From Prorocentrum cordatum (lineage: Eukaryota), in the NCBI GenBank assembly GCA_963575745.1, contig CAUYUJ010000070.1, positions 372,001 to 436,000 on the forward strand: a stretch of 64,000 bases of DNA. The letters are read 5' to 3'. Under the pieces are notes generated by a model. The model saw only the letters and a list, made by a program, of their open reading frames with translations. It did no database searches and had not been told where the DNA came from. Shown here in pieces: positions 12,358-24,979 of this stretch (position 1 is its first letter; the number at the start of each line of letters is the position of its first letter). Both the position numbers and the translations under genes were made by a program.

Positions 12358-13197
12358 CTCTTGTGCACGCAACTGCCTGCTCAATCCACCCACCTGCTGC
12401 GCCAGGTGGAGTTCGACTGAGCGCGCCCCAGCTGAGTCGTCGCGACGGTGCCGCCACCTCGCCGCTGGAGGAAAAGATGAGTCTGGGCACTGGTTCGTCC
12501 TCCTCCTCCTCCTCCTTGTCCTCCTCCTCCTTGTCCGCCTCCCCCTCCTCCCCCTCCCCCTCCTCCTCTTCCTACTCCTCTTCTTCCTGCTCCTCCTTCT
12601 CCTCCTCTTCCTCCTCCTCCCCTCCTCCTCCTCCCCCTCCCCCTCCTCCTCCCCCTTCCCCTCCTCCTCTTCCTCCTTATTTTCTTCCTCCTCCTCCAAT
12701 GGCCTCCAGACCTACAACGGCTCACGGCTGGCTGTTCGTTGCCACGTTTTATGTGCGAGGTTTGGCGGCATGTTTGTTGGTTTGGTTCTACAGCGTGAGA
12801 TCCCAATCGCGTGAACAATGAGGGCGAGCGTCGTGTTCCCGTCAACGGACGCCTAGGTTCTAACCGCCAAGATGTTTGCACGACTTCACCCCTGAAGCTT
12901 GCGTTGCAATTTGGACGGGCAATCCAGCTTGCTCTCAATCTTACAGCCAGTCAGCACGACATTGTGGGTGTGTGATCGTGCCTCACCAGCATCGCTCATC
13001 GCGGGCCGCTGCGCGTGAGCGATTGCCGTCGCTGCGGTTGTGGCATCGCAGGCTGCAGCGTTGCCAGACTCGCGTAGTACACGCTCGCGAGGCAGAAGGG
13101 TGATTATCGTGCTGGTGATAAAGATGATGGTGTGGGGAATGAGGATAAGGAGTTGAGATATGGAGTGAGGAGTCAGGAGGAGGGGAAGGAGCCAGAG

Positions 13198-13206
13198 GAT
13201 GATGAC

Positions 13207-13259
<53 letters not shown>

Positions 13260-13335
13260 GGAGGAGGAGGAGGAGGAGGAGGAGGAGGAGGAGGAGGAGG
13301 AGGAAGAGGAGGAGGAGGAGGAGGAGGAGGAGGAG
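13198..13335. repeat. (GAT)n(GAG)n compound microsatellite
   Basis: Direct reading. Confidence 0.95.
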
Positions 13336-14779
13336 TGATGTCGAGGAAGGACGGAACAGGCGGAAGGAAGGATAATAACGTGAGGGGCAAGAGGAAGAAG
13401 GACGAGGACGAGAAGGAGATGCGCCAGGCATGAGGGGGAAAAGGAAGGAAGAAGAGGGACAGCTGGGCGGGGGAGAGGGAGGTGGAGCCAGCGTCCGTTC
13501 GGACCCCCTTCTAGCCGACGAGGTCCCCCGTGGGCTTGCGGCGATTCCCGCCGCGTCCACAAGGGCAAGGTCTTGAAGGAGGATACTTTTCCAGGTGCGC
13601 CGACTGCTCCTCCTGCTCCCCCCTGCTCGCCTTCCTCCTCCTCCGCCGCCTGTCCCCTCCTCCCCACCCCTCGCCTTCTCAGTCTTCGTCCGACGGTCCC
13701 TTCCTCCCTCTTTCCGCCTCCTCCCTTCTCCCTCCCCCTCCCTCGTAGGGCTGCGGAAGGGGGGTGAAGCGAGGAGGATGACGAGGACGACGAGTGTAGA
13801 AAGGACGCAGACCAGAGAACACGTTGTTAGTATTCATCATTGATGTTGCATTTCGCTCTGCCGTACCAAGTTTTCATTGTTGCGAGCGCTGGGTGAAAAG
13901 GTGATGGCCACCTACCGACGCGAAGCTGCGCACCTCCGACCTAGTCCCATATTTGACCGCACAGCATCGCAAACTGTAGTGGGCTTGGGAAGGATCCGCA
14001 CTCCCCAAAGAGTTGGCACAAACCACATGAAATAGCGCCGCGCCGCTGCAAGAATACGATTTCGTGAAGGATCCGCCCTCCGTCTGATGGCTATCCGCCC
14101 CACAGTCCTCGGCCCACTGGAGACGTCCGTAGTCATCTTGCCTCAGCTGCCGCCCGGGAGGAGAAGAAGGAGGAGGAGGAGGAGGAGGAGGAGTAGAGGA
14201 GGAGGAGGAGCAGGAGGAGGAGGAGGAGGAGGAGGAGGAGGAGTAGGAGCAGGAGGAGGAGTGGGAGGGGAGGAGGAGGAGGAGGAGGAGGAGGAGGAGG
14301 AGGAGGAGGAGGAGGAGCAAGAGGAGGAGTTGGAGGAGGAGGAGGAGGAAAAGGACGAGGAGGAGGCAAAGGAGGTCGAGGGCCAGCTCAGCGCGCAACC
14401 CCGCATTCATGCCGTTCGACCTGCCGAGCGGCGCCCGGCCGCCGTCGAGCCTGGCCGCCTGGGGGTCGGCGCTGGGCGCGCGCGACTTCCAGGACAAGCT
14501 CCTGCGCGTGTGCGGGGCCCAACGCCGCACGCCACCACCATCGCGGGCCCACGGCTCCGCTGATGCCGAAGAAGCCTCCCCCCCGAAAAGGTGGCCCAGC
14601 GTTTCTTCACCGACTTATTGCCGGACAGGTGGGTCCGCTTCTGAAAGGGGATTGGGTCGCCGTGGACCTTAGGAATGACTGGTGCAAGTTCCTGGCTCCA
14701 AAAGCTTGCTCAGCGTTTCCTTCAGAAACTTCTGAAAAGCTGGCCCACAATTCAGGAGCGAAAGAAGGACGTACACGTA

Positions 14780-15042
14780 CACGCGGTTCATTTCTGATAA
14801 TTCGGAAGGTATTGGATATCTTGGGGGGCCAGGATCCTCTCGTTTCTAATTGTGCTATATTGGGCCTCTTCTTGGCCACTAGGTCATTTCTAACTCTTCG
14901 AAGGTTCTTTGGTTCTTTGGGGGGCCAAGATCTTTTTGTTTCCAAGTGTGCTGTCCTGGGCCTCTTCCTGGCCACTGGGGGGCCAGGAACAATTAGAAAC
15001 GAACACACATAGAAACGAGCAGGATTAGAAATGAACGGCGTG
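14780..15042. mobile_element. MITE family K with an internal duplication, TA TSD
   Basis: ta-cacgcggttcatttct ... agaaatgaacggcgtg-ta. The tgggcctcttc.tggccact block occurs twice. Confidence 0.8.
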
Positions 15043-15607
15043 TACACGTACATGAATCCACGCTGGTTTCGAGAGTTCGCATTGCCCGCATGTTCGTACC
15101 ACGCGGCAGGTCTCGCGGGTCACGGGGCCGTGTTCATGTACATAGATGGGCGCGTACGTCTTTTGTGGGCTCCCTAACAATCGCGGGCCTAGAGGTTGAC
15201 ACCAGCACCACTAATGGCTGTTGGATGGTGGCAACGATTCGGGCTTCGGAGGTGGTCGAGAACCAAAATCCGAGTCTCCCCCCCAGTGGAGGCAATTCTC
15301 AGTGTTGGTGTTGGTGCCAGCTTCCAGGCCTCCAACTTTCCCACCTCACCCCCTTCCTCACCCAGGAAACAGAGACGGTGGTGGTGCGTGTGCAGCACAA
15401 CGTACGTTCCACGGCATGGGCTGCACCACCTATACTGCACGATATAGACTGCACACCACAGGCAGCACCACATCTATTGCACGACATGCGTTGCCAGAAC
15501 ACACCGTTTGGGGCCCACGCTGGCTGACATGATTGTACTGCAACTCCAAATGCGCATGGGGGGGGGGAACACGTTGAGCGAGGGGGGGGCGACGGTGGTG
15601 GTGCGTA

Positions 15608-15772
15608 CACCTTAGGCGATGCTTAAGAAAACCCAAGGTTTCGGCCAGAGTCTCGATTATTCTTAACGTTTCAATGTGAATCCTAAGATTTTAATAGAAA
15701 CGTTGGGTTTTTATTCAAGATCTGAGACTATGAATTTCTTAACCCATGATTTCTAAAGCATTTCGCAGGGTG
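15608..15772. mobile_element. MITE family I (AT-rich, TA-flanked, 165 bp), inside a ~40-bp direct duplication
   Basis: TIRs caccttaggcgatgcttaagaaa and tttctaaagcatttcgcagggtg. Closely similar copy at 30139-30302. Confidence 0.85.
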
Positions 15773-15897
15773 TAACACGTTGAGCGAGGGAGGGGGCGAC
15801 GGTGGTGGTGCGTAGTCTTGGGGCCCGCAGCGTGGTGCAGTACGGGAGCCGCGGCGCCGCCGACGTGCTGCTGCGGCGGGACGGGGAGCACCGCATG

Positions 15898-16409
15898 TCG
15901 GGGCAGCCGCGCAAGGCTGCAGGGGGGGGGGGGGGGCAGCGAGGTCTCGGACGTCCCCCAGCCTCCGACCCCCTTGCGCCGTGAAGCGAAGGATTGACGG
16001 ATGTTTTTTTCCCAACTTTCCCGCGTTGGGTACTCGTTTTGAACAGAGCGCTGTGGTCTCCACCTGCCTCCTCCTCCTCCCGCCTCCTCCCGCCTCCTCC
16101 TCTCATCTCTGTGGGGCAGCCGCGCAAGGCTGCAGCGGGGGAGTGCAGCGAGGTCTCGGACTTCCCCCAGCCCCCGACCCCCTTGCGCCGTGAATCAAGG
16201 GCATAACAAAACGCCCCTACCTTGGTTTACGAGGCGCTGTGCGCTGAAACTCCTGTGGGCTGACCGGGTAAACCCTGCGTGATGTGCCGCGTGCTGGCGG
16301 CTCTATGCTTCGGGGGTTCCCAGACGGTTTACAGACCACGCACTTGTAACCCAGGGTAGGGTCGTTTTTTTCCATCCCTCAGTGAAGCGAAGGATTGACG
16401 GATGTTTTT
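15898..16409 (+). repeat. Interleaved local direct repeats (~85 bp and ~28 bp)
   Basis: ggggcagccgcgcaaggctgcag...ccgacccccttgcgccgtgaa at about 15900-15985 and 16113-16194. gtgaagcgaaggattgacggatgttttt at 15981 recurs with one substitution at 16382. Confidence 0.75.
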
Positions 16410-16659
16410 GCTGCTATTCTCGGCCATTGGGGGCCCTCGCCGGGCTCCAGGATCGTGAAACATTGAAAAACACGATTCAGGATGAAGAGCTGGTCCCAGG
16501 GAACAGGTCGGGTCATGACGTCGGGGGGGTCTCGGGCCCGCCTACCACGCTTCTCCTTCTCGCCCTCCCCCCCCCCCCCCTATGGGACCGTTGCTCAATC
16601 CCACGGAGATGGCGGGCGGGACCAGGGGGGAGGGACCAGGGGGAAGGGGGCCAGTCACG

Positions 16660-16738
16660 TCACGATTCGCGCCAGCGCCGTCTGGAAGCGCGTGAGACTG
16701 CATTGTCAATTCCTGGACGGCGCCGGCGCGAATCGTGA
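16660..16738. mobile_element. Mini foldback element family L (~79 bp)
   Basis: tcacgattcgcgccagcgccgtc pairs with gacggcgccggcgcgaatcgtga. Second copy at about 53273-53347. Confidence 0.7.
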
Positions 16739-16916
16739 GGTGACCAGGAGGGTGAGGGGGTAGGGGGCGGGGTCGGACACGGGCGATCGCGAGTGTTTAT
16801 GCAAATGCTCTTTCCTCCAAAGGAGAAGAAGGCACTGTTACCGCTAAGCCCGACATGCATTCGCCCGCCTTGCCATGAAGTGTTTCTCGATGGGAGCCTT
16901 GCTGTTCACATCTGTA

Positions 16917-17092
16917 CACATTGTTCATCTCGAATTATTCGAAAATTCCTTGATTTGTTTTGGGCCAAGATCCTTTCATTTCTAATTGTTCCATCCTTGA
17001 CCTCTTCCTGGCCACTAGGGGGCCAGGAACTATTAGAAACCATTAGAATCGAGCACAATTAGAAATGAGTGCGAATATAAATGAACGACGTG
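16917..17092. mobile_element. MITE family K copy, TA-flanked
   Basis: ta-cacattgttcat ... aatgaacgacgtg-ta. Confidence 0.75.
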
Positions 17093-17124
17093 TATAGTTT
17101 GGCCAAAGGTTGATGGTTTGGGCT

Positions 17125-18530
17125 GACACCTCGATGTTTTTTCGCGTCTTCCATAAAAGTCCTCGATGGTTTTGTGTGCGCCATGAAGCACCTCGGCTTC
17201 CCATGTACTATTTTGATGGACGTGCGCGCGCCATGTTTGACATCGACTTCCCGTGTGCGCCATGGAAGACCTCAATGTTTCAGTGTGTGTGTGTGTGTGT
17301 GTGAGTGCGCCTTGAATCACCTCGATTTTGCTGGTGCGCACCGCGGAAGACTTCCGTGACATGTTGCGTGCCCTGAAACACCTCGATGTGGTTCGCGTGC
17401 AAGTTGGAAGACCTCGGTGATTTTTGCGTGCGTTACAGAAGACCTCGAGGATTTGTCGTGCGCCATGAAAAAAACCTCGATCGTTTCCGCGGCGCCCCTG
17501 GGAAGTGGTAGTCGACCAACCCAATAATTGGCGGGCGACAAGAGACCAGAGAAGTCGCTGGGCGGCGGGCGACTATCCCAAGAACGTGCGGGCGACCAGC
17601 TCCAGCAGTGGCGGGCGACCAGCCTCAGAACTGGCAAGGCGACCGATTGGCGGGCGACCGCCCAGAGAGCTGGCGGGAGCCAGCCCCAGAAATGGCAGCG
17701 TGACGGGCGCCCCGCGCGAAAGACCTCGACCCGCGCGACAGATGTCGATGATGTTTTGCTCGCGCAACGCAGCGCTTTTGCATTTATCGCGCGCCGTCTT
17801 GCGGGTAGGCGCTTCGGCGGTTAGGCCCCAGGCGGCTGTTTCCCAGGCGGCTCGGCCCTGGGACCTGGGCCCTGGGTCTAGGGCCTCAGGCCGAGGACCT
17901 GACGCTTGGGCCGGGATCAGAGCTCGGGCCGGGACCAGTCGGTAAACGCCGAAGTCAAAGTGGAGGTCAGCATGTCACGAGGTAAATACCAAGGTCTAAA
18001 GAGAGGCCCGAGAAAGGCGTCGAGGGGAACGTTGTTGTCAAAATGGAGGCACGATTGAAACGCCAAGGTGAGAACCGAAGTTCCAAATTGAGGCTGGACT
18101 AAGACTCCGAGGTGAACGCCGAAGTCAACACCGAGGCCCGTCCAAAGCGCGAAGGTGAATGCCGAGGTCGAAACCTAGGTCAAAATTGACGCCAAAGTTG
18201 AGCCGCGCTCGGGGGGGTGACGCCATTTCTGCATTGAGCTCAAAAGTTATGTGTCTCCGCGCCGTTTGTTCCGACGCGCGGCCTGACGTTTTGGGGATGG
18301 CGCCTCGGGCGCCAGGGCGAACTCGGCCTTGACGTGAGGTTTGCCGTGGGTTCGCCGCGGTGCCAGCTTCGTCGATTTGGGCTCGTTCAGAACAATCTGC
18401 GCGGCGACATGTCAAAATTGAAGTCAGAGTTGAGGGCATATCAGAGCGCGGAGGCGCGTGCCGAGGTCGAAATTGAGGCCAGATTAAACGCCGAGGTGCA
18501 TAGCGATACCAAGTTTGAAGCCCGATGGAA
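17125..18530. repeat. Cluster of old degenerate minisatellites (ACCTCGA-, GGCGGGCGACC- and ACGCCGAGGTC-based)
   Basis: These motifs recur at roughly 30-45-bp spacing in 17125-17485, 17530-17715 and 17945-18530. Confidence 0.55.
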
Positions 18531-19382
18531 ACGCAGGAATGGATATACCGCGGTCAAGCAGTGACGTCGGAATCGAGGCCGGCGCTGGGTGACGCGCTGC
18601 GGGTCAGCCAGGTTTGTGCGACGCGCCCGAAGTACCCCCCCTCCGCCCCTCCCTTCCCCCCCCCACCACCTCCCTACCGCCCTTCCCCTCCCTCCCCCTT
18701 CCCTTGCACTATAGTGCCCCCCTCCCCGCTCCTCGTGGTCCGACAAGAAGCTTCACCAATAGCCCTGGTAAGGCGTTCGCGAGCATCCCCCTGCCCCCGA
18801 CTGCGCGGCGCGCTCGTCGTTGACGCCAGCTTTGCGGCGCAAGTCGACGGAGCAGCGGGCGGGCGCGGCGCGCCCTGAGTGCTCCCCCTCTGCCCCCGCG
18901 ACGGCGCGCCGCGAGGAGGATTCCCCCCGCGCCCTCGTTGCGCGGCGCGCCCGAAGCGCTCCCCCCATTTCCCCCCCCCTAATGGGTTCCCCGATGGGTT
19001 CCGGTGGGTTCCTGAGACTCCTTTCACTCCAGCCCCAGGGGATTCCACTGGATCCCGGGAAATTTGCAAGGGCGCCTGGGAGGCTTCTGAAAATTCCGAG
19101 GGCCTGGAGGATTTTTTTACGGATTCCGCAGGTCTGAGGACTCCCACAGGAATCTCTTTGGAATCTTTCCGGAGTCCTTCAGGATTTTTGAGTCCGTGGA
19201 GATCCAGCGAAGATCCGCCAGGGATCCCTCCAGAGCCTTTCAAGAATCGACCCAAGAGTCCGTCATTCATTTGCCCAGCGGGCAGACCTGCGCAGAATGC
19301 CCGACATGCACCGGGGCCGAGGCATGCCACCGACCATGAGCACCGCCCCGGACATGGAAATCGAGGCCGTCGCATGTCCCTA

Positions 19383-19559
19383 CAGTCGGGGCCCTGAAGA
19401 AGGAACCCTCTTGGTTGGGGAGGGGCTCCGCGTTCCCTAAGTGTTTCGCAGCTTGCCTCAGGTTTTCCTTATGTGTTCGATCGGAAATCGAAGTTGAACT
19501 AATGGAAAAAAGGGGGCCTCGTTCCTTATTTTGGGTTCCTTAGGTCAAGGCCCCGACTG
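19383..19559. mobile_element. MITE family F copy
   Basis: cagtcggggccctgaagaaggaaccc ... gggttccttaggtcaaggccccgactg. Confidence 0.85.
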
Positions 19560-19865
19560 TGCGTCTATCGAGGCTCCGCGCGCAGCCCCCGCAATGCATC
19601 GAGGCTGTAGCACGCGCGCAACCCCGCAGCGCCGTCTAGGCCCCACGCGCTGCCCCCGGAGATGCGCCGAGGTTGACGCAGGAATGCCAACGCGCACACA
19701 GGCCCCGCGCGGATTCCCAGTCTTGTATCGAGGTATCCGCATTCGGCGCATGCCCTCCTCCTCCTCCTCCTCCTCCTCGCAGCCATGTCTTCTTAGACAA
19801 GGGCGCCTTCTTCGCACGCCTGCGCACGCATCTGCCCAGACCACTACTGCGACCTCAGGCACAGG

Positions 19866-20561
19866 ATGGCGCTCTTCGACCAGCGCCCAGCCCGGGCGCC
19901 AGCGGCGGCGGCAGGAGGACCTCAGCGACCAGGCCGCAGTCGACAACCACGACGAGCTGCCGCAGGAGGAGCACCAGCGGGAGGAGGAACAGCGGTGGCC
20001 AACCCGCACATAGTGGACCTCACGGCGCGCCTCACCCTCACGCTGGCGCGCGAGCAGGCCGAGCTGGCGTCGGCCATCATCCAGACGTGGGAGATCAGCG
20101 CGCAGAGCGGCATCGCGCAGGCGGGCTTACAGGCGGGCCAGACGTGCAACGACGACGCGCAGGACTTACGACGCAGAGCAGCAGATGGATAACAAGTGGA
20201 CACGGCCTCGCTCGGCAGCCCCCACATCCGCGCGTGGACCGAAGTGGCGAACTACATGGGGCGCACGTACGACGCAGGGGCGGAGAGAGACTACCTCGAG
20301 AAGTACTACAAGGACGTCATCTTGAGTGGCAGCGCGGAGGAGGTAGCAGACGGCATCCCGATCTTCCGCGTTCGCAGGAACAAGGGCAAGGAGGGGGGCG
20401 CCACGGAGAAGTGCAGGTTCCAGTTCCAGGTGGAGGCAACGGACACGCAGCTGGAGACGATCCTCACGCGCGCCCTCCGCAAGGAGGGAGCGAACCGCAA
20501 GATCGGGGCGGCGCCGCGTGGAGCACTGGAGCGAGAACTGGGACGTCTCGTCAACAACTGA
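19866..20561 (+). pseudogene. Intronless ~230-codon ORF with one in-frame stop; probable retroelement ORF1-like protein
   Basis: ORFs 19866-20192 and 20196-20561 are in the same frame and separated by a single TAA. The sequence is complex and globular-looking with GC3-rich codons, ending GANRKIGAAPRGALERELGRL. The ORF1 label is recalled resemblance, not a search result. Confidence 0.6.
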
Positions 20562-21451
20562 GCCAGAACGACACGGAGAGAGGAGCGGCGCATAGCGATG
20601 TGACTGAGCGGACGGCGCGGCTCTGTTCTGTCCCAGCGAGCGCGGCCCCTCAGGCCATCCCGCGAACTTTTCTCACCAGCGCACGATTCCACGAGCTGGT
20701 CAGGGAAGGCCGCCTCCCCCCTCCTCCGCCTCCGACTGGGACTCCCGGCCTTCTCCAACTCCGAGGCCCGAGTTTTCCCAACTATTTTGTCGTGCACCGA
20801 CCTCCCCCGCCCCCGCCCGAACCGAAGCGAAAGGGCAGGGGAAAGGGACGAGGCAGACGAGGCAGGGGAGTAGAGGAGACAGCGAGAGGGCACTCGTAAA
20901 AGCGGGTGCTACCCTGCCCGCAGACCCCTGCGTGGGGAAGGTCGGTGCAGGTAGGGCCCGAGCGTCTAAGTGGCGCCCGCGACCCCCTTTCAGCAAAGTG
21001 ACCTCAGCTAGGCCACACAACTTTAGTAAGCAGCACAGCACGTAGCGAGAGTGCAGCACCGAACCGGCCCGAGAGCTCGATCGATCGATCGATCCTCCTC
21101 CTCCTCCTCCTCCTCCTCCTCCTCCTCCTCCTCCCCCCCACTCCCCTTCCTCCTCCTCTCATCCTCCTCCTCCTCCTCCTCCTCCTCCTCCTCCTCCTCC
21201 TCCTCCTCCTCTCCTCCTCCTCCCCCTCCTCATTATCTCATCCCCCTCCTCCTTCTCCTCCTCCCCTCCTCCTCCTCCTCCTCCTCCTCCTCCTCCTCCT
21301 CCTCCGCCTCTGCCTCCGTTGCTCTGCCACGGGGCGCGCTGCGGACTGCATGGGGATGTGGGGGGGGGGGGGGACGGGATACTTGCGTCAGACATCCTCG
21401 CGGTGTGTGTGTGTGTGTGTGATCCCGGAGCATTGACCTCACAAGGGTTTT

Positions 21452-21622
21452 GGGCGTCGCGTAATGGGGGGATCGTAAATGGGGGGGTGGCGAGGGTGGT
21501 CCGAAAAGGTACCCAAACGGTACCTAAACGAGCCCCCTGGGGCTCTGGAGGAGCCCGAAAGGGGCACGAAGGGGGACCGTGTCTGACCCCCCCGTTATAC
21601 CCCCCCGTTCAGGTCACGGCCC
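21452..21622. mobile_element. MITE-like element with an 8-9-bp TSD
   Basis: Imperfect TIR gggcgtcgcgtaatggggg / cccccgttcaggtcacggccc. aagggttt lies on both sides (21443 and 21623). Confidence 0.6.
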
Positions 21623-22193
21623 AAGGGTTTCACAAGCAAATCACAGCAGGGACGTCTGTTTTTTTGTTTTTTTTGTTGTTTTTTTTTTGCCCCTTGTTTT
21701 ATTTCATCTCAATTTTCTCGTTTGTGTTTTTGTCTGTTTTTTTATTTTGTTTTTGTGTTTGTCTAGCTTCGCTTGTCCTGTTGGTTGTCTTTTTTTTGTT
21801 CTTCTGTTTTTTTTTTTGTTGTTCTTTGATGGTTTTGTTTTTGGTATTTTTGCATGCTTTGTGTTTTTTTGTTGTTTTTTTCTGTTTTATGTTTTTGTAA
21901 CATGTATGTGGCTCTCGTTCTAACGCCCGCGACGTTTGTCTTGAATGGCGGGCGGGAAGTGTTCGACATGCAGCGTTCGCCCCAGCGCCGCGCACGCTTG
22001 TGTTAATGCTTGCGGGAGGCCCACGGATGGAGAGCTGTTTTGTTCCACCATTGGGGGTGCTCAGTAAAGACTCCCATAGATCACATGATCCGAAACTCAC
22101 ACAACGTACAACTGTCACGCAGATGAGAGGCGGTTCTGCTTCAACATGGTTTGTTGTTGCTGTTGGTGTTGTTGTTGTTTTTGCTGTTGTTGT

Positions 22194-24217
22194 TCCCAAC
22201 CATCCTGTGGTGTTGGGTCCTCGTTTTGAAGAGACAGCGCCCCGCGTCCCACCTCCTCTCCTCCTCCCCCCCTCCCCCCTCCTCCTCCTCCTCCTCCTTG
22301 CCTTTGCTCTCGGCACACCTCTCACACGTTTCGTAGCCCCATAGGGAGCTCCACCGAAGGCCCCATGGCTGCCGTCCGCATGCGTCCCGCACACCCATTT
22401 CGGCACACCCCTCACACGTTTCGTGGCCCCACAGGGAGCTCCACCGAAGGCCCCATGGCTGCCGTCCGCATGCGTCCCGCACACCATTTCGGCACACCCC
22501 TCACACGTTTCGTGGCCCCACAGGGAGCTCCACCGAAGGCCCCAGTGCTGCCGTCCGCATGCGTCCCGCACACCCATTTCGGCACACCCCTCACACGTTT
22601 CGTGGCCCCATAGGGAGCTCCACCGAAGGCCCCAGTGCTGCCGTCCGCATGCGTCCCGCGCACCCATTTCGGCACACCCCTCACACGTTTCGTGGCCCCA
22701 TAAGGAGCTCCACCGAAGGCCCCATGGCTGCCGTCCGCATGCGTCCCGCACACCCATTTCGGCACACCCCTCACACGTTTCGTGGCCCCATTGGGAGCTC
22801 CACCGAAGGCCCCATTGCTGCCGTCCGCATGCGTCCCGCACACCCATTTCGGCACACCCCTCACACGTTTCGTGGCCCCATAGGGAGCTCCATCGAAGGC
22901 CCCATGGCTGCCGTCCGCATGCGTCCCGCACACGCATTTCGGCACACCCCTCACACGTTTCGTGGCCCCACAGGGAGCTCCACCGAAGGCCCCATGGCTG
23001 CCGTCCGCATGCGTCCCGCACACCCATTTCGGCACACCCCTCACACGTTTCGTGGCCCCATAGGGAGCTCCACCGAAGGCCCCAGTTCTGCCGTCCGCAT
23101 GCGTCCCGCACACCCATTTCGGCACACCCCTCACACGTTTCGTGGCCCCACAGGGAGCTCCACCGAAGGCCCCATGGCTGCCGTCCGCATGCGTCCCGCA
23201 CACCCATTTCGGCACACCCCTCACACGTTTCGTGGCCCCATAGGGAGCTCCACCGAAAGCCCCATGGCCGCCGTCCGCATGCGTCCCGCACGCCCATTTC
23301 GGCACACCCCTCACACGTTTCGTGGCCCCACAGGGAGCTCCACCGAAGGCCCCAGTGCTGCCGTCCGCAGGCGTCCCGCACACCCATTTCGGCACACCCC
23401 TCACACGCTTCGTGGCCCCATAGGGAGCTCCACCGAAGGCCCCATGGCTGCCGTCCGCATGCGTCCCGCACACCCATTTCGGCACACCCCTCACACGTTT
23501 CGTGGCCCCACAGGGAGCTCCACCGAAGGCTCCAGTGCTGCCGTCCGCATGCGTCCCGCACACCCATTTCGGCACACCCCTCACACGTTTCGTGGCCCCA
23601 CAGGGAGCTCCACCGAAGGCACCATGGCTGCCGTCCGCATGCGTCCCGCACACCCATTTCGGCACACCCCTCACACGTTTCGTGGCCCCACAGGGAGCTC
23701 CACCGAAGGCCCAAGTGCTGCCGTCCGCATGCGTCCCGCACACCCATTTCGGCACACCCCTCACACGTTTCGTGGCCCCACAGGGAGCTCCACCGAAGGC
23801 CCCATGGCTGCCGTCCGCATGCGTCCCGCACACCCATTTCGGCACACCCCTCACACGTTTCGTGGCCCCATAGGGAGCTCCACCGAAGGCCCCATGGCTG
23901 CCGTCCGCATGCGTCCCGCACACCCATTTCGGCACACCCCTCACACGTTTCGTGGCCCCACAGGGAGCTCCACCGAAGGCCCCATGGTTGCCGTCCGCCT
24001 GCGTCCCGCACACCCATTTCGGCACACCCCTCACACGTTTCGTGGCCCCACAGGGAGCTCCACCGAAGGCCCCAGTGCTGCCGTCCGCATGCGTCCCGCA
24101 CACCCATTTCGGCACACCCCTCACACGTTTCGTGGCCCCATAGGGAGCTCCACCGAAGAAGATATTCACAATTGCGGCACTTTCAACTGCATATGGTTGG
24201 GTCCTTCGCCAGGCTAA
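22194..24217 (+). mobile_element. Family H Helentron-like element H2
   Basis: Head tcccaaccat, subterminal inverse atggttggg near the 3' end, T-rich flanks and no TSD. Confidence 0.75.
22311..24158. repeat. 90-bp minisatellite array, about 20.5 copies
   Basis: Monomer ggcacacccctcacacgtttcgtggcccca(c/t)agggagctccaccgaaggcccca(tg/gt)gctgccgtccgcatgcgtcccgcacacccatttc. Confidence 0.97.
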
Positions 24218-24327
24218 TTTTTCCCAGCCATCCTGTGGTGTTGGGTCCTCGTTTTGAAGAGACGGTGCCCCGCGTCTCCTTCCTCCTCTCCTCCTCCGCC
24301 TCCTCTCCCCTCCTACCATCCTCATCG

Positions 24328-24365
<38 letters not shown>

Positions 24366-24391
24366 GTCATCATCATCATTATCATCATCAG

Positions 24392-24979
24392 GTCCCAGTG
24401 GGTGTGCCCGCATGCGTCCCGCACACCCATTTTGGCACACCCCTCACACGTTTCGTGGCCCCATAGGGAGCTGCACCTAAGGTCCAAGTGGCGCAGCTCG
24501 CATGGCGCCACCGCCCCATTTTGGCACACCCCTCACACGTTTCGTGGCCCCATAGGGAGCTCCATCTACGGTCCAAGTGGCGCAGCTCGCATGGCGCCAC
24601 CGCCCCATTTTGGCACACCCTTACAGATTTCGTGGCCCCTCAAGGAGCCCCTTTTGGCACACCCCTCACACGTTTCGTGGCCCCATAGGGAGCTCCACCT
24701 AAGGTCCACGTGGCGCAGCTCGCATGGCGCCACCGCCCTTTTTTGGCACACCCCTCACACGTTTCGTGGCCCCATAGGGAGCTCCATTTACAGTCCAAGC
24801 GGCGCAGCTCGCATGGCGCCACCGCCCCATTTTGGCACACCCCTCACACGTTTCGTGGCCCCTCAGGGAGCTCCACCTGAGGTCCAAGTGGCGCAGCTCG
24901 CATGGCGCCACCGCTCCTTTTTGGCACACCCCTCACACGTTTCGTGGCCCCTCAGGGAGCTGCACCTAAGGTCCCAGTG
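24392..24979. repeat. 89-bp minisatellite array variant, about 6.5 copies
   Basis: Same core as the 90-bp arrays, with the variable half aaggtccaagtggcgcagctcgcatggcgccaccgccccatttt. Confidence 0.92.

Noticed and set aside
24510..24530. ccattttggc resembling the dinoflagellate spliced leader (DCCGTAGCCATTTTGGCTCAAG)
   Set aside because: It is only a 10-nt match inside a minisatellite monomer, lacking both flanks.
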